Below, one piece after another: positions 28,190 to 37,958 of a stretch of DNA of 64,000 nucleotides (position 1 is its first letter; each line of letters starts with the position of its first letter). The notes below the pieces were generated by a model that saw nothing but the letters and a program-made list of their open reading frames with translations, did not search any database and was not told the origin of the DNA. A program made the position numbers and the translations under genes. Source of the DNA: Pseudomonadota bacterium (GTDB taxonomy: Archaea; Thermoplasmatota; SW-10-69-26; JACQPN01; JAJPHT01); NCBI GenBank assembly GCA_021325135.1, contig JAJPHT010000027.1, positions 32,001 through 96,000 on the forward strand, in the 5' to 3' direction.

Positions 28190-31006
28190 TCACGCCTTCC
28201 GGAGCAGCAGCGTCGCGGACCCGGCCTCCAGCGCCTCGACCTCGGCGCCGTGCAGCGTGGGGCGGCTCTTGACCTCGTACTCGCCCGGCTCCACGCGGAA
28301 CGTCGCGCCGCTCGCGAGCTTGACCGTGATGCCCTCCGGGCCCGCGTGCCTGGGGTCCATGGCGCGGATGGCGTCCGCGATGGCCTTGGCGTCCTGGCGG
28401 TACTTGGGGCCCAGCTTCGCCTGCACGGGCTCCACGGCGTAGGGCACCATGTGGATCTCCTTGGCGTCGACGAAGCGCACGTCGGCCACCTTGGTCGTGC
28501 CCACGATGTCGCCCTTGCCGCGCAGCAGCGCCTCGCGCACGAGGGGTGGCGCCACGACCTCCAGGGCGGGAAGCTCCTGGTTGAGCGCCATCTTGGACTG
28601 GCTCTTCCAGTTGCGCACGGCCGCGACCACGTCGCGCACGTGCTGGCCAAGCTCCCGCGCCTCCTTGTCGGCGCGCGGCGCCTCGGGCCACGCGCTGACG
28701 TGGATGCTGATGGCATGCTCGTGGCGGCGGTAGACCTCCTGGTACACGTCCTCGGTGGAGAAGCAGAGCACGGGCGCCATCATCTTCAGCACGCCCAGGC
28801 CCACGGTGTAGAGCGTGTGGCGCGCGGCGGGGTCGCCCGCGTAGAGGCGGTGCTTCACCAGCTCCAGGTAGTGGTCCGCGAGGACGTGCCAGAGGAACTC
28901 CTCGGTCTGCTTCACGGCCTTGGTGTAGTCGTAGCCGTCCCACCCTTCGGTCGCGCTCTTCACGACCTCGGCGAACTCGGCGAGGACCCACTGGTCCATG
29001 AGGGGGAGGCTCTCCCAGGCGACCGGGGCGGGCTTCTCGCTGCCCAGCCCCTTGGCGATGAGCCCCTCCACGTTGCGCAGCTTGGTCACGAGGCGCATCG
29101 CGCGGGTCAGCTCCTTGGGGTTCCAGATGATGTCCTCGCCCAGGTTCGCGCCGGTGGCGCTCCAGTAGCGCAGCGCGTCGCCCGAATACTGCTGGATGAC
29201 GTCCAGGGGCTCCACGATGTCGCCCTTGGACTTGCTCATCTTCTTCCCCTTGCCCAGCTTCACGAAGCCGCTGATCTGCGCGTGGCGCCACGGGATCTTC
29301 CCGTGGTGGAAGCGCGCCTTCACGATGGTGTTGAACGCCCAGAAGCTGATGATCTCGTGGGCCTGCGGGCGCACGTCCATGGGCAGCAGCGCCGCGAGCT
29401 TGGGGTTGGTGTTGACGTCGGCGAGGCGCGCGTGGGGGACGCCCATGCGCTCGGCCGCGGCGAGGATGGCGATCTGCGGCGTGAGGCTGCTGGTCGCCCA
29501 CGTGTCCATGACGTCGGTCTCGCCGCGGAACTCGTGGCCGCCGCACTTGGCGCAGGCGCCCTTCGGCCTGTCCACGGTGGGGTCCACGGGAAGCTCGTCC
29601 AGCGTGGCCAGCTTCGGCTCGTGGCAGCTCTGGCAGTACCAGACGGGGAAGGGCACGCCGAAGTAGCGCTGGCGCGAGATGCACCAGTCCCACTTGAGGC
29701 CCTTCACCCAGTTGTCGTAGCGGACCTTCATGTAAGGCGGGTGCCACTCGACCTTCGCGCCGTCCTCCAGGAACTGCTCCCTCATGTCGAGGTACTTCAC
29801 GAACCACTGCTTCGTGACGAGGAACTCGACGGGCGTGCCGCAGCGCTCGTGCACGTTCACGGCGTGCTCGATGTGCTTCTGCGAGAGGAGCCTGCCTTCG
29901 CGGTTGAGGTCCTGGAGGACGTGCTCGCGCGCGTGCGTGATGCTCTGGCCCGCGTACTTGCCGGCGGCGTCCGTCATGGTGCCCTTGGGGCCGATGACGA
30001 GGCGCATGGGCAGCTTGTTGCTCTGCCACCAGTCGATGTCCGTCTGGTCGCCGAACGTGCAGTTCATGACGACGCCGGTGCCGGTCTCCTTGTCCACCTT
30101 CTCCGAGGTGAGCACGGGCACGATGGCGCCGCCGATGGGCACGCGCACGCTCTTGCCGATGAGGTGGCGCGTCCGCTCGTCGTCGGGGTGGACGAAGATG
30201 GCGACGCACGCGGGGATCAGCTCGGGGCGCGTCGTGGAGATCACGATCTTGCTCTCGGCGCCCTGCTGGTAGGTGACGATCTCGCGCGGCTTGCTGTTGG
30301 CCTCGGGCCCGGGCACCGTCGTGCGCTTCACGAGGTGCTCGTGGCCGCTGCGCGCCATGCCGTGCCCGTGGTCGTCCATGAGGTCGAAGCTGATGTCGTT
30401 GAAGGTGCTGGGCAGGACGCGGTCCTCGGTCTCCACCTGCGCGATGGCCGTCTGGCACTCGGGGCACCAGATGCCGGGGCGCTCGGCGCGGTACGCGCGG
30501 CCCTGGTGGTAGAGCTCCAGGAACGACTCCTGGCTGACCTTGATCACGGGCTTGTCGATGGTGCGATACACCAGCGTCCAGTCGCACGAGGTCCCGATGC
30601 GGCGCCAGGAGCGCTCCATGAACTCCTCGCCCTTCTTCGTCTCCTGGAGGCAGAGGCGGATGAACTCCTGGCGGCCCACGTCTGATAGCTTCTTGCCGAC
30701 CGCCTTCTCCGTGTAGCGCTCGGTGGGCAGGCCGTTGTCGTCGAACCCGAAGGGGTAGAACAGGTTGTGGCCGCGCATCCGCTTGTAGCGGGCGGTGAAG
30801 TCCATCTGGTTGTAGCTGTACGCGTGCCCGATGTGCATGCGGCCGCTCACGGTGGGCGGCGGCGTGTCGACGCTGAAGACCGGCTTCGTCGAGCGCGGAT
30901 CGAAGCGGTAGACGCCCTCCTCCTCCCAGAAGCGGAGCCACCTCTCCTCCATGGCCTGGATCGTGGGGTCGGGCTCGGGCTCGGCCGTGTCGGCGGCGTC
31001 GGGCAT
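28190..31006 (-). CDS. valS: Valine--tRNA ligase, archaeal type
   Basis: DTPPPTVSG, HIGH, WDWCISRQR, DVMDTWATSS, KMSKS. Confidence 0.95.
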   Translation of the reverse strand: MPDAADTAEPEPDPTIQAMEERWLRFWEEEGVYRFDPRSTKPVFSVDTPPPTVSGRMHIGHAYSYNQMDFTARYKRMRGHNLFYPFGFDDNGLPTERYTEKAVGKKLSDVGRQEFIRLCLQETKKGEEFMERSWRRIGTSCDWTLVYRTIDKPVIKVSQESFLELYHQGRAYRAERPGIWCPECQTAIAQVETEDRVLPSTFNDISFDLMDDHGHGMARSGHEHLVKRTTVPGPEANSKPREIVTYQQGAESKIVISTTRPELIPACVAIFVHPDDERTRHLIGKSVRVPIGGAIVPVLTSEKVDKETGTGVVMNCTFGDQTDIDWWQSNKLPMRLVIGPKGTMTDAAGKYAGQSITHAREHVLQDLNREGRLLSQKHIEHAVNVHERCGTPVEFLVTKQWFVKYLDMREQFLEDGAKVEWHPPYMKVRYDNWVKGLKWDWCISRQRYFGVPFPVWYCQSCHEPKLATLDELPVDPTVDRPKGACAKCGGHEFRGETDVMDTWATSSLTPQIAILAAAERMGVPHARLADVNTNPKLAALLPMDVRPQAHEIISFWAFNTIVKARFHHGKIPWRHAQISGFVKLGKGKKMSKSKGDIVEPLDVIQQYSGDALRYWSATGANLGEDIIWNPKELTRAMRLVTKLRNVEGLIAKGLGSEKPAPVAWESLPLMDQWVLAEFAEVVKSATEGWDGYDYTKAVKQTEEFLWHVLADHYLELVKHRLYAGDPAARHTLYTVGLGVLKMMAPVLCFSTEDVYQEVYRRHEHAISIHVSAWPEAPRADKEARELGQHVRDVVAAVRNWKSQSKMALNQELPALEVVAPPLVREALLRGKGDIVGTTKVADVRFVDAKEIHMVPYAVEPVQAKLGPKYRQDAKAIADAIRAMDPRHAGPEGITVKLASGATFRVEPGEYEVKSRPTLHGAEVEALEAGSATLLLRKA

Positions 31007-31275
31007 TGGGCCGCGTCAAGGGCTCCGGGCTTTAAGAATTTGGACCCGGGGGGCTTGGCGGCAGGCCCCTCGGTCCCCCGCCGGGAGCGCCGACCTGGAG
31101 AGCGTGGCTCGTCCTGTCCTGGCCGGAGGGGCGCCCTTTCGTCCGGTGGTCGCTGCGCCGCCGCGACGATCCCGCCCCCCGCGCGGTCGTCCTTGAGGTA
31201 ACCCGGTTCCCTGCGCGACCCCGAGAGAACGGGCCCTGGAGCCGCGCCCGAGCGTTCACGCATTCCTCGGATCGG

Positions 31276-31294
31276 CGTACCACAATGGGCAACC
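31276..31294 (+). promoter_or_regulatory. CGTACCACAA motif, copy 1 (other copies 32108-32117 and 32979-32988)
   Basis: Identical 10-mer about 35-50 nt upstream of three genes of the sortase locus. Confidence 0.7.
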
Positions 31295-31320
31295 CCGACG
31301 CCAGGCAAGAGGTTGCCTGC

Positions 31321-31965
31321 ATGAATCGCGCCCCCCTCGTGGTCCTCCTCCTGTGCGCTGCGCTCGCGTTGACGCCGGTCTCCCTGGCCGGCGGCAACGG
31401 CCCCTCCAAGTGCGGGCCGTCCATCACCGCCGTCGGCCTGAAGCTCGGCGGCGACGACTGTCCCCCTTCGTGCGACGGCAAGGACAAGAAGGACTGCAAC
31501 CCCTGTGACGAGAAGGATGGCAAGGACTTCAAGTCCGACGACAAGAAGGACTGCAACTCGTGCGACGAGAAGGATGGCAAGGACTTCAAGTCGGATGACA
31601 AGAAGGACTGCAACCCGTGCGACAAGCACGACGGGAAGGACTTCAAGTCCGACGACAAGAAGTGCCACCCCTGTGACTGCAACCCGTGCGACAAGGACGG
31701 CGGTCCCGCCATCTGGAGCGACGACAAGAAGGACTGCAACCCCTGCGACGAGAAGGACGGCAAGGACTTCAAGTCCGACGACAAGGACTGCCACCCCAAC
31801 CCGTGCCCCGAGCAGGACAGCAGCACCGTCAAGTCCGACGGGAACGAGAAGTGCCCGCCCACGCCCCCCACCCAGATCCCCTTCTTCCCCAGCGCGGGCT
31901 CGCTGGTGCTGGGCCTCCTGGGCGCGGCCGGCTCCGTGGGCGCCATCATCCTGAAGCGCCGCTGA
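31321..31965 (+). CDS. Secreted Asp/Lys/Cys repeat protein with IPFFPS C-terminal sorting signal
   Basis: Signal peptide; DKKDCNPCDEKDGKDFKSD repeats; PPTQIPFFPS-TM-KRR. Confidence 0.85.
   Translation: MNRAPLVVLLLCAALALTPVSLAGGNGPSKCGPSITAVGLKLGGDDCPPSCDGKDKKDCNPCDEKDGKDFKSDDKKDCNSCDEKDGKDFKSDDKKDCNPCDKHDGKDFKSDDKKCHPCDCNPCDKDGGPAIWSDDKKDCNPCDEKDGKDFKSDDKDCHPNPCPEQDSSTVKSDGNEKCPPTPPTQIPFFPSAGSLVLGLLGAAGSVGAIILKRR
31483..31806 (+). repeat. 57-bp coding tandem repeat (4 full units plus degenerate units)
   Basis: gacaagaaggactgcaac... units at 31483, 31540, 31597 and 31723. Confidence 0.9.
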
Positions 31966-31982
31966 ACGGATGATATCACCGG

Positions 31983-32029
31983 CGGCGCCCTCGCGCGCCG
32001 TCGGCTGCCTCTTTTTTTTTCCTTTTTTT
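31983..32029 (+). terminator. Hairpin plus oligo-T terminator
   Basis: CGGCGC..GCGCCG stem followed by T9-CC-T7. Confidence 0.7.
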
Positions 32030-32158
32030 CCGCTTCCCCATTCCGCTCGCCTGGCCGTTTTCTCGGGGAAGGCGGCCCTTCACGCGAGCGCGCGCGGCTG
32101 CGGCTCACGTACCACAACGGCGTTCCACCGATCAAAGGACCGGGCCCCTGCGATCCGC

Positions 32159-32710
32159 ATGATCCGCCGCTCCCGCATCACCGCAGGCCTCCTTGCTTTC
32201 CTCGTCGTGCTCGCTTTGCCCATGGTCGTGGGCGTGGCGGCGGCGAAGTCCACCGACAACAACGCGGGCACCATCAAGGTGCACGACGACATGAGCGCCG
32301 ACCCCGACGAGAAGAACCAGCCCCACGTCTCGTGCGACTTCTGGATCGAGGGCTTCAACATGCAGGACAGCTCGGGCGCGCTGCGCTTCCAGGCGTGGCC
32401 GCCCACGGGCAACAAGACCGTGGTGACGCCCACTGGCGACGGCCTCAACTGGACCGCCGACTCGGGCAACAAGCACGGCAACTACCACTTCCTCAACGGG
32501 CCCTACGAGCTGCCCGCGGGCCACTACAAGGTGACCGCGATCAACGAGGGCGGCGAGAAGACGAAGTCCAAGGTCTTCTGGGTCGACGACTGCGTGACGC
32601 CGCCGACGCCGCCCACGGAGATCCCCTTCTTCCCCAGCGCGGCCTCCATGGCGCTTGGCGTCGTGGGCGCCCTGGGCGCGGTGGGCGTCGTCCTGCTGAG
32701 GCGCCGCTGA
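32159..32710 (+). CDS. Secreted protein with IPFFPS C-terminal sorting signal
   Basis: Signal peptide; PPTEIPFFPS-TM-RRR. Confidence 0.85.
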   Translation: MIRRSRITAGLLAFLVVLALPMVVGVAAAKSTDNNAGTIKVHDDMSADPDEKNQPHVSCDFWIEGFNMQDSSGALRFQAWPPTGNKTVVTPTGDGLNWTADSGNKHGNYHFLNGPYELPAGHYKVTAINEGGEKTKSKVFWVDDCVTPPTPPTEIPFFPSAASMALGVVGALGAVGVVLLRRR

Positions 32711-32711
32711 G

Positions 32712-32966
32712 GTGCAGGCCCCCTTGGACGCGCTCCGCTCCTGGGCCCTCCTCGCGCTCCTTGGCCTCCTGGCGGGGGCCGCCCCCGCCGGGGCGTCCCC
32801 CGTGGACTGCGCTGAAGGGTGCGAGGCGCCCGCCGCCTCGCTCGCTCCCGCCCCCCACGCCGCCTCCCCCAGCCCGTGGGGGGTGGCGCTGGCCGAGAGC
32901 CTGGGCCTCTGCGCGCTGGCCGCCGCGGGCGTCGCGGCGGGCGTGCTGCTCGCCAGGCGCGCGTGA
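32712..32966 (+). CDS. Small secreted, C-terminally anchored protein
   Basis: Signal peptide, CxxxC, C-terminal TM followed by RR. Confidence 0.6.
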   Translation: MQAPLDALRSWALLALLGLLAGAAPAGASPVDCAEGCEAPAASLAPAPHAASPSPWGVALAESLGLCALAAAGVAAGVLLARRA

Positions 32967-33036
32967 TCCTCGGACCTTCGTACCACAACGGGCAACCGTC
33001 CTTCGAGCGACGCGCACCCGCGTTTGAGGTGAGCCT

Positions 33037-33909
33037 CTGCATCCGACCCTCGCCCGCATCCTCGCCCTTCTGGGGCTCGCGTCGCTGGGCGAGGGCCTCT
33101 TCATCCTCCTGCGTGTCGTCCCCCACGAGAGCGTCCTCCTGGGCGCCATCCTCGCGGCGGCCGGCGCGGTGGCGCTCCTCTTCGCGCCGCTGCCGCGCGT
33201 CTCCCGCCTCCCGCGCTGGCCCCTCGCCGCCGCGGGCGCTGCCGCGGCCCTGGTGGTGATCGGCTACGACGCGATCCACCACGCGCCCCTCGACCCGCCC
33301 AAGGTGGGCATCATCGCCCTGGGCCTTGGCCTCGCGGCGGCGTCCCCCTTCGTCCACCGCCCGCGCGTCGCGAACCCCGTCGCCTGGACCGCCGCGCTCG
33401 TGGGCGCCCCCCTTCTCGTCTGGGGCGTCCAGGCGCTATCAAAAGCCACCGTCGCGGGCATGACGCCCATGGAGCTGTTCATCCGATACGCGCTCCTGGC
33501 ACCCATGGCCGCGGCGCTATCAGTGTTGGGGCGCCACCCCGCCATCGCGGGGCAGGTCATCACCTACGACACGCCGCACGGCCCCTTCGCGCTGGAGGTG
33601 GGCGTCGCGTGCAGCGGAATCCAGGCCATGGCGCTCTTCGGCGGCGTGGTCCTCGTCTTCGTGCTCGCGGAGAAGCCGGGCTGGCGGCGCGGCCTCTTCT
33701 GGAGCGCCATCGGCCTCGCGGGCGTGTACGTCATCAACGTCGTGCGCCTCGTGGTGCTGGCCCTGGTGGGCTCGCGCTGGGGCGCGGACGCGCTGGAGTG
33801 GGTCCACGCCAACGCGGGCTGGGCCTTCTTCGTGGCGTGGAGCGCGGCCTTCGCGTGGATGACCATGGGGCGGCGCAAGGCGGGGGCGTCCGAGGGCGCA
33901 GCCCCCTGA
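33037..33909 (+). CDS. Archaeosortase/exosortase family protein
   Basis: VACSG, NVVR, H..AGW (Cys-Arg-His set); reading frame extends 44 codons upstream of the track start to a CTG preceded by GAGGTGA. Confidence 0.88.
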   Translation: MHPTLARILALLGLASLGEGLFILLRVVPHESVLLGAILAAAGAVALLFAPLPRVSRLPRWPLAAAGAAAALVVIGYDAIHHAPLDPPKVGIIALGLGLAAASPFVHRPRVANPVAWTAALVGAPLLVWGVQALSKATVAGMTPMELFIRYALLAPMAAALSVLGRHPAIAGQVITYDTPHGPFALEVGVACSGIQAMALFGGVVLVFVLAEKPGWRRGLFWSAIGLAGVYVINVVRLVVLALVGSRWGADALEWVHANAGWAFFVAWSAAFAWMTMGRRKAGASEGAAP

Positions 33910-33925
33910 TGCGCGCGCACCAAGA

Positions 33926-35263
33926 CTAGGAGCCGTCCCAGCGGTCCGCGGGCCCCGAGAACTGGATCAGCAGCCCTTCGCGCAGGTCGAACGTGAGGCG
34001 GCCCGGGACGACGGCGGCCGAGCACGCGCCCAGGCCGCACGTCTCGTCCTGCGAGATGGCGTACTCCACCGACGCCTGCCACGTCCCGCCGACGCGCAGA
34101 AGCTCCAGCCCGACGGGGTCCTCATGGGGGAGAAGCATCGCGAACCACTCCTGCGCGCCCGCGAGGGTCGCCGGCGGCGCTGCAGAGGGGGCTCCCCACG
34201 CCGCGGGTGCAGGGCACGCCTCGAGGCCGGAGGAGCTAACCTTGTCCTGCTGGGTCTGCGCCACGCCCAGCATCGTGGTGCGGACGACCCGCGTCATCCA
34301 GCACGCGCCGTCCGATCCGCCCAGGTGGAGGTCCCAGTCGAGGAAATCCTCCGCCGTCGTGGGCACGTGGGACTCGGTGGCCTTCACCAGCACGACGGAG
34401 GCGTGGGCCGCGGCGAACTGCCGCGTGGCCGCGTCCCCCTGGGCGACGCGCAGCGCGTCGTCCAGCGGGAAGCCGTCCGCGTCGCGCCCGTCGCGCGGGG
34501 CGTCGAAGGGGCCCGCGTCCTGGCGCGGGAGGGGGGGCAGCGGCGCGGCCGCGGAGGCGGACGGGACGAGCGGGGTCGTGCCGATGTCCGCGTGCTGGAG
34601 CGTGGCCCGCACGCGGGCGCCCCCGGGGAGCAGGTCCGCCGGCATGTCCACCTGCACGGGGCAGGGGAGGTCGGGCGCCACCCACACGCGCGCGTCCAGC
34701 GTGGCGTTCTCGAACTCTTGCGCGCTCCACGACCCCACGCGGGCGGAGCCGACGAGACGCCAGGCGATCTCCTCGGGGGCGCGCCTGTCGTAGCGGACCA
34801 GCGTCGCCGGTTGCGCGTCCCCCACGCCCAACCCTCCGGTGAAGCACCACGCCGTCGGTGCGGCCCAGAGGAAGCGCAGGGGGCCGTGGGGCGCGGGCAC
34901 CATGTCGTCCGCGCGCGCCGCCACGAGGCCGCGGGAGCCTGCGAGCGCCACGTCCAGGAGCGTGGCAGGGCGCTCGTCGCCGACGCGCACCTCCACGGTG
35001 GCCACCGCGTGCGGGGCGCCCGTGGCGTCGCGCGCGACGGAGGAGCCGGTGACGCGGAACGCGACCTCCGTGGGGCCGTCCAGGGAACGCGACTGCGGGA
35101 AGGCGGGCGAGAGGGCGGGGAGCGATCCCTGGACGACGTAGCGGAAGGAGTCCCCGACGCGGACGCCCGCGGGCCAGTGGGACTCCTCCGGCGGGGACTC
35201 GGCGCCGGCGAGGCAGCCGCTGACGAGCGCGAGCAGAAGCGCGAGCGCGAAGGGGCGTCGCAG
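33926..35263 (-). CDS. Lipoprotein
   Basis: Frame is open upstream of 35005 to (L)RRPFALALLLALVSGC lipobox; CTG start after GGAGG. Confidence 0.7.
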   Translation of the reverse strand: MRRPFALALLLALVSGCLAGAESPPEESHWPAGVRVGDSFRYVVQGSLPALSPAFPQSRSLDGPTEVAFRVTGSSVARDATGAPHAVATVEVRVGDERPATLLDVALAGSRGLVAARADDMVPAPHGPLRFLWAAPTAWCFTGGLGVGDAQPATLVRYDRRAPEEIAWRLVGSARVGSWSAQEFENATLDARVWVAPDLPCPVQVDMPADLLPGGARVRATLQHADIGTTPLVPSASAAAPLPPLPRQDAGPFDAPRDGRDADGFPLDDALRVAQGDAATRQFAAAHASVVLVKATESHVPTTAEDFLDWDLHLGGSDGACWMTRVVRTTMLGVAQTQQDKVSSSGLEACPAPAAWGAPSAAPPATLAGAQEWFAMLLPHEDPVGLELLRVGGTWQASVEYAISQDETCGLGACSAAVVPGRLTFDLREGLLIQFSGPADRWDGS

Positions 35264-35275
35264 GGGGCTCCCTCC

Positions 35276-35689
35276 TCAGGCGCAGTGGACGTCCGAGGTG
35301 TCGGAGGCGACGAGGACGGCGTTGGCCAGGTAGAGGCCCGCCTGCGTGTAGATGCAGCTCTCGATGAAGTCCCCTTCCCGGGGCGTGGAGTCCCCGTTGC
35401 AGTCGTTCATGGGGACGTCGAACTCCCCCTGGACGACGCCCGCGCCGGAGGGCTCGAAGCCGAGGTACCGGACGTGGCCCCCCAGGGGCGCGCAGGAGAA
35501 CGCCCCTGCGGTGAGGATCGTGGAGCAGGCGGAGGTCGTGCAGACCTCATAGGCGTCGGCGAGGGCCTTGACGTAGCCCAGCGGCGTGTTCCTTCCCCCG
35601 TGGCCCTCCAGGCTGGGCGGCTCGCGGGCCGCGGCGGCAGGAGCGAGCAGCGCGAGCGCGATGACGAGCGTGGTTCCCCCAATCCTCAT
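35276..35689 (-). CDS. Small secreted Cys-containing protein
   Basis: Signal peptide; 6 Cys; TTATAT box upstream. Confidence 0.7.
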   Translation of the reverse strand: MRIGGTTLVIALALLAPAAAAREPPSLEGHGGRNTPLGYVKALADAYEVCTTSACSTILTAGAFSCAPLGGHVRYLGFEPSGAGVVQGEFDVPMNDCNGDSTPREGDFIESCIYTQAGLYLANAVLVASDTSDVHCA

Positions 35690-35761
35690 TGTTACTCCCG
35701 GCCGCCTAACAATCCAGGCATCATATAACCCCTCGCTCGCCGGGGGTGGATGGGTTATTCC

Positions 35762-36364
35762 TCAAGCGGCCCGCGTGCGAGGCGCGGCGCGCATCGCCAT
35801 CGCGGCGCCCGAGACGACCCACGCGATGAGGACGACCCAGTAGACGCGCTGCGTCAAGGCGGGCCAGGGGGTGAGCCATTCCATGCGGGCGATGCCCATG
35901 GCCGTGAGCACGGTGAGGGTCCACGAGAGGATGGCGAAGGTCCTCCAGCCGGCGCGCTCGCGGGCGCTCACGGCGAACGCGCCCACGGCGCCCAGCATGA
36001 CGACCTGCCCGACGTGGACGAGGCCCAGGTGGACGATGCCGTCGGGCCACACGGCGAGGCCCAGGATGGTGGCGCCCGCCAGCACGAGGAGGTAGGCCCC
36101 GGCGCGCGTCGCGCGGCTTTCGGGCCGCTGGAGGGCCAGCGCGCACGCCGAGAGGACGCCCGCGCCGCCGATGGTCAGCTCCGCCAGCGTGAGCACGGGG
36201 CGGTGCGGCGTGTCGCCGTAGTCGCTGAGCATGCGATAGCGCGGATCGAGGGCGGGCTCCAGCGCGTGGAGCCCCAGGGCGGCGAGCGCGCCCACGGTGA
36301 CGAGGACGAGGGCCAGCAGCGCCAGCGCACGGGCCAGGGGTGTCCGCCACGTCGCCGCTCGCAT
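35762..36364 (-). CDS. DUF998-like membrane protein
   Basis: LHALEP.LDP...LSDY and QR motifs, about 5-6 TM. Confidence 0.7.
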   Translation of the reverse strand: MRAATWRTPLARALALLALVLVTVGALAALGLHALEPALDPRYRMLSDYGDTPHRPVLTLAELTIGGAGVLSACALALQRPESRATRAGAYLLVLAGATILGLAVWPDGIVHLGLVHVGQVVMLGAVGAFAVSARERAGWRTFAILSWTLTVLTAMGIARMEWLTPWPALTQRVYWVVLIAWVVSGAAMAMRAAPRTRAA

Positions 36365-36390
36365 CTGCCTGCGCCACTGGGGGTGGACGA

Positions 36391-36876
36391 TTATAACTCC
36401 CTCGGAACCGCCCAGATCGGACTCCCGGGCTCCTCCAGGGCCAGCCGCTCGACGCGGGCCAGCGAGGCGACGACGAGGTCCTCCAGGGCGCGCCGGAAGG
36501 GGCGGCGCGCGACGCGCGGGGCCTTCAGGTCGTAGCGCACCTCCCAGCGCAGCGTGGCGAAGCCGCGGCCGGGAATGATCTCAAAATGCTGCGCCCACCG
36601 CCTCTGGCCCGGGGTCCGGACGCCCTCCCACGCGACGGCCTCCCCCGGGGCCCAGCGCGCGACGCGCTCGTCCCACGAGGGGAGGCCCGTGAAGTGGAGG
36701 CGCCGCGCGACGCCGGGCCCGTCCGCGCTCGCGCCCTCCAGGTACTCGACGGCGCGCAGGTGGCCCGCCTCGCCGGGCGTCGCGTAGAAGTCGGGCCAGC
36801 GCCGCGTGTCGCTCACGACGCGCCAGAGGGCGGCGGGCGTCGCGGCCGCGTCGCGCTCCTCCGAGACGGTGGTCAC
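36391..36876 (-). CDS. SRPBCC (START-like) family protein
   Basis: ATPAALWRVVSD..WPDF; GTGA overlap with the NYN stop codon. Confidence 0.75.
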   Translation of the reverse strand: MTTVSEERDAAATPAALWRVVSDTRRWPDFYATPGEAGHLRAVEYLEGASADGPGVARRLHFTGLPSWDERVARWAPGEAVAWEGVRTPGQRRWAQHFEIIPGRGFATLRWEVRYDLKAPRVARRPFRRALEDLVVASLARVERLALEEPGSPIWAVPREL

Positions 36877-37958
36877 TCCCGATCGCCGCCCCGGCCCACG
36901 GGCACGAGGGCCGCGCGCTCGCGCTTCCAGCGCTTGGCCAGCTCGGGCGCCGCGTCGAGGACGCCTTGGAGGTCCTTCAGCGGCGTGTCGGCGAGGCGCT
37001 CGACGCCGTACTCCTCCGCCACGACCTCCGCGGCGCGGCTGCCGGCGAGGCGCTTGCGGTCGCCCAGCAGCTCCTTCCATTGGCGGTGGAGGTGCGCCTG
37101 GACCTCCTCGTCCAATTCCACCCCGACGTTGGGCATCTCGGTGGGCAGGTCGCGCACGTTGGGAAGCTCGCTCTCGTGCTCGGGGTCGACCCACACGGCG
37201 AAGTCCGAGGCGTCGGGGTCGCGCCGCGTGCGGATGATGGGGGCGAGCGACTCGATGAAGCGCAGGAAGGAGGAGAAGCCGAAGTCGCGGTAGCTGAAGT
37301 CGGGCCGGATGCGGCGGATGCTCTCGTGGAGAGGCCCGCCGTACACGCGGCCCTCGTCGTCGGCCGCCGCGGGCATGGCCTCCAGCACGATGCGGTGGCC
37401 CTCGCTGAGCTTCGTCTTCCCGGCCGGCGCGGCGTGCTTCGCGGGCGAGGCCGCGGCGCGGCGCGCCTCCTCGGCGTAGGCGGCCTCGGGGAGCGCCGCG
37501 ACGATGGGCGCGGCGGGCGCCTGGTCGTAGTAGATGAACTGGTCGCACGACTGCACGAGCGCGCGCCCCACGCGCTTGCGGCTGCCCAGGCCCACGACGC
37601 GCTTGCCCCCCTCGCGCAGCCGCCGCGCGAGCTTGGCGAAGTCGCTGTCCGCCGTGACAAGGATGAACGTGTCGATGGGGCGCGTGTAGAGCAGGTCCAT
37701 GGCGTCGACGGTGAGCATGATGTCCGTCGCGTTCTTGGTGCCGCTGCCCGTGGTGAACTGGTGCAGTTCCTCGAAACCCGCCTCGCGCAGCGCGCTCTGC
37801 GCCTTGGCGTGGCGCGTCCAGTCCGCGTAGGCGCGCCGCACGATGACGCGCCCGAACGCCGCCGCCTCGGCGAGCACGCGGTTGAGGTTCACGTCGCGCG
37901 CGTTCTCGTAGTCCATGAGGATGGCGACCGTCGGCTCGCTGGAGCCTTCGCGGACCAT
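36873..37958 (-). CDS. NYN-domain protein with OST-HTH/LOTUS domain
   Basis: MDYEN, RAYADW, KNATD, VTADSDF, PDFSYRDFGF. Confidence 0.88.
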   Translation of the reverse strand: MVREGSSEPTVAILMDYENARDVNLNRVLAEAAAFGRVIVRRAYADWTRHAKAQSALREAGFEELHQFTTGSGTKNATDIMLTVDAMDLLYTRPIDTFILVTADSDFAKLARRLREGGKRVVGLGSRKRVGRALVQSCDQFIYYDQAPAAPIVAALPEAAYAEEARRAAASPAKHAAPAGKTKLSEGHRIVLEAMPAAADDEGRVYGGPLHESIRRIRPDFSYRDFGFSSFLRFIESLAPIIRTRRDPDASDFAVWVDPEHESELPNVRDLPTEMPNVGVELDEEVQAHLHRQWKELLGDRKRLAGSRAAEVVAEEYGVERLADTPLKDLQGVLDAAPELAKRWKRERAALVPVGRGGDRE

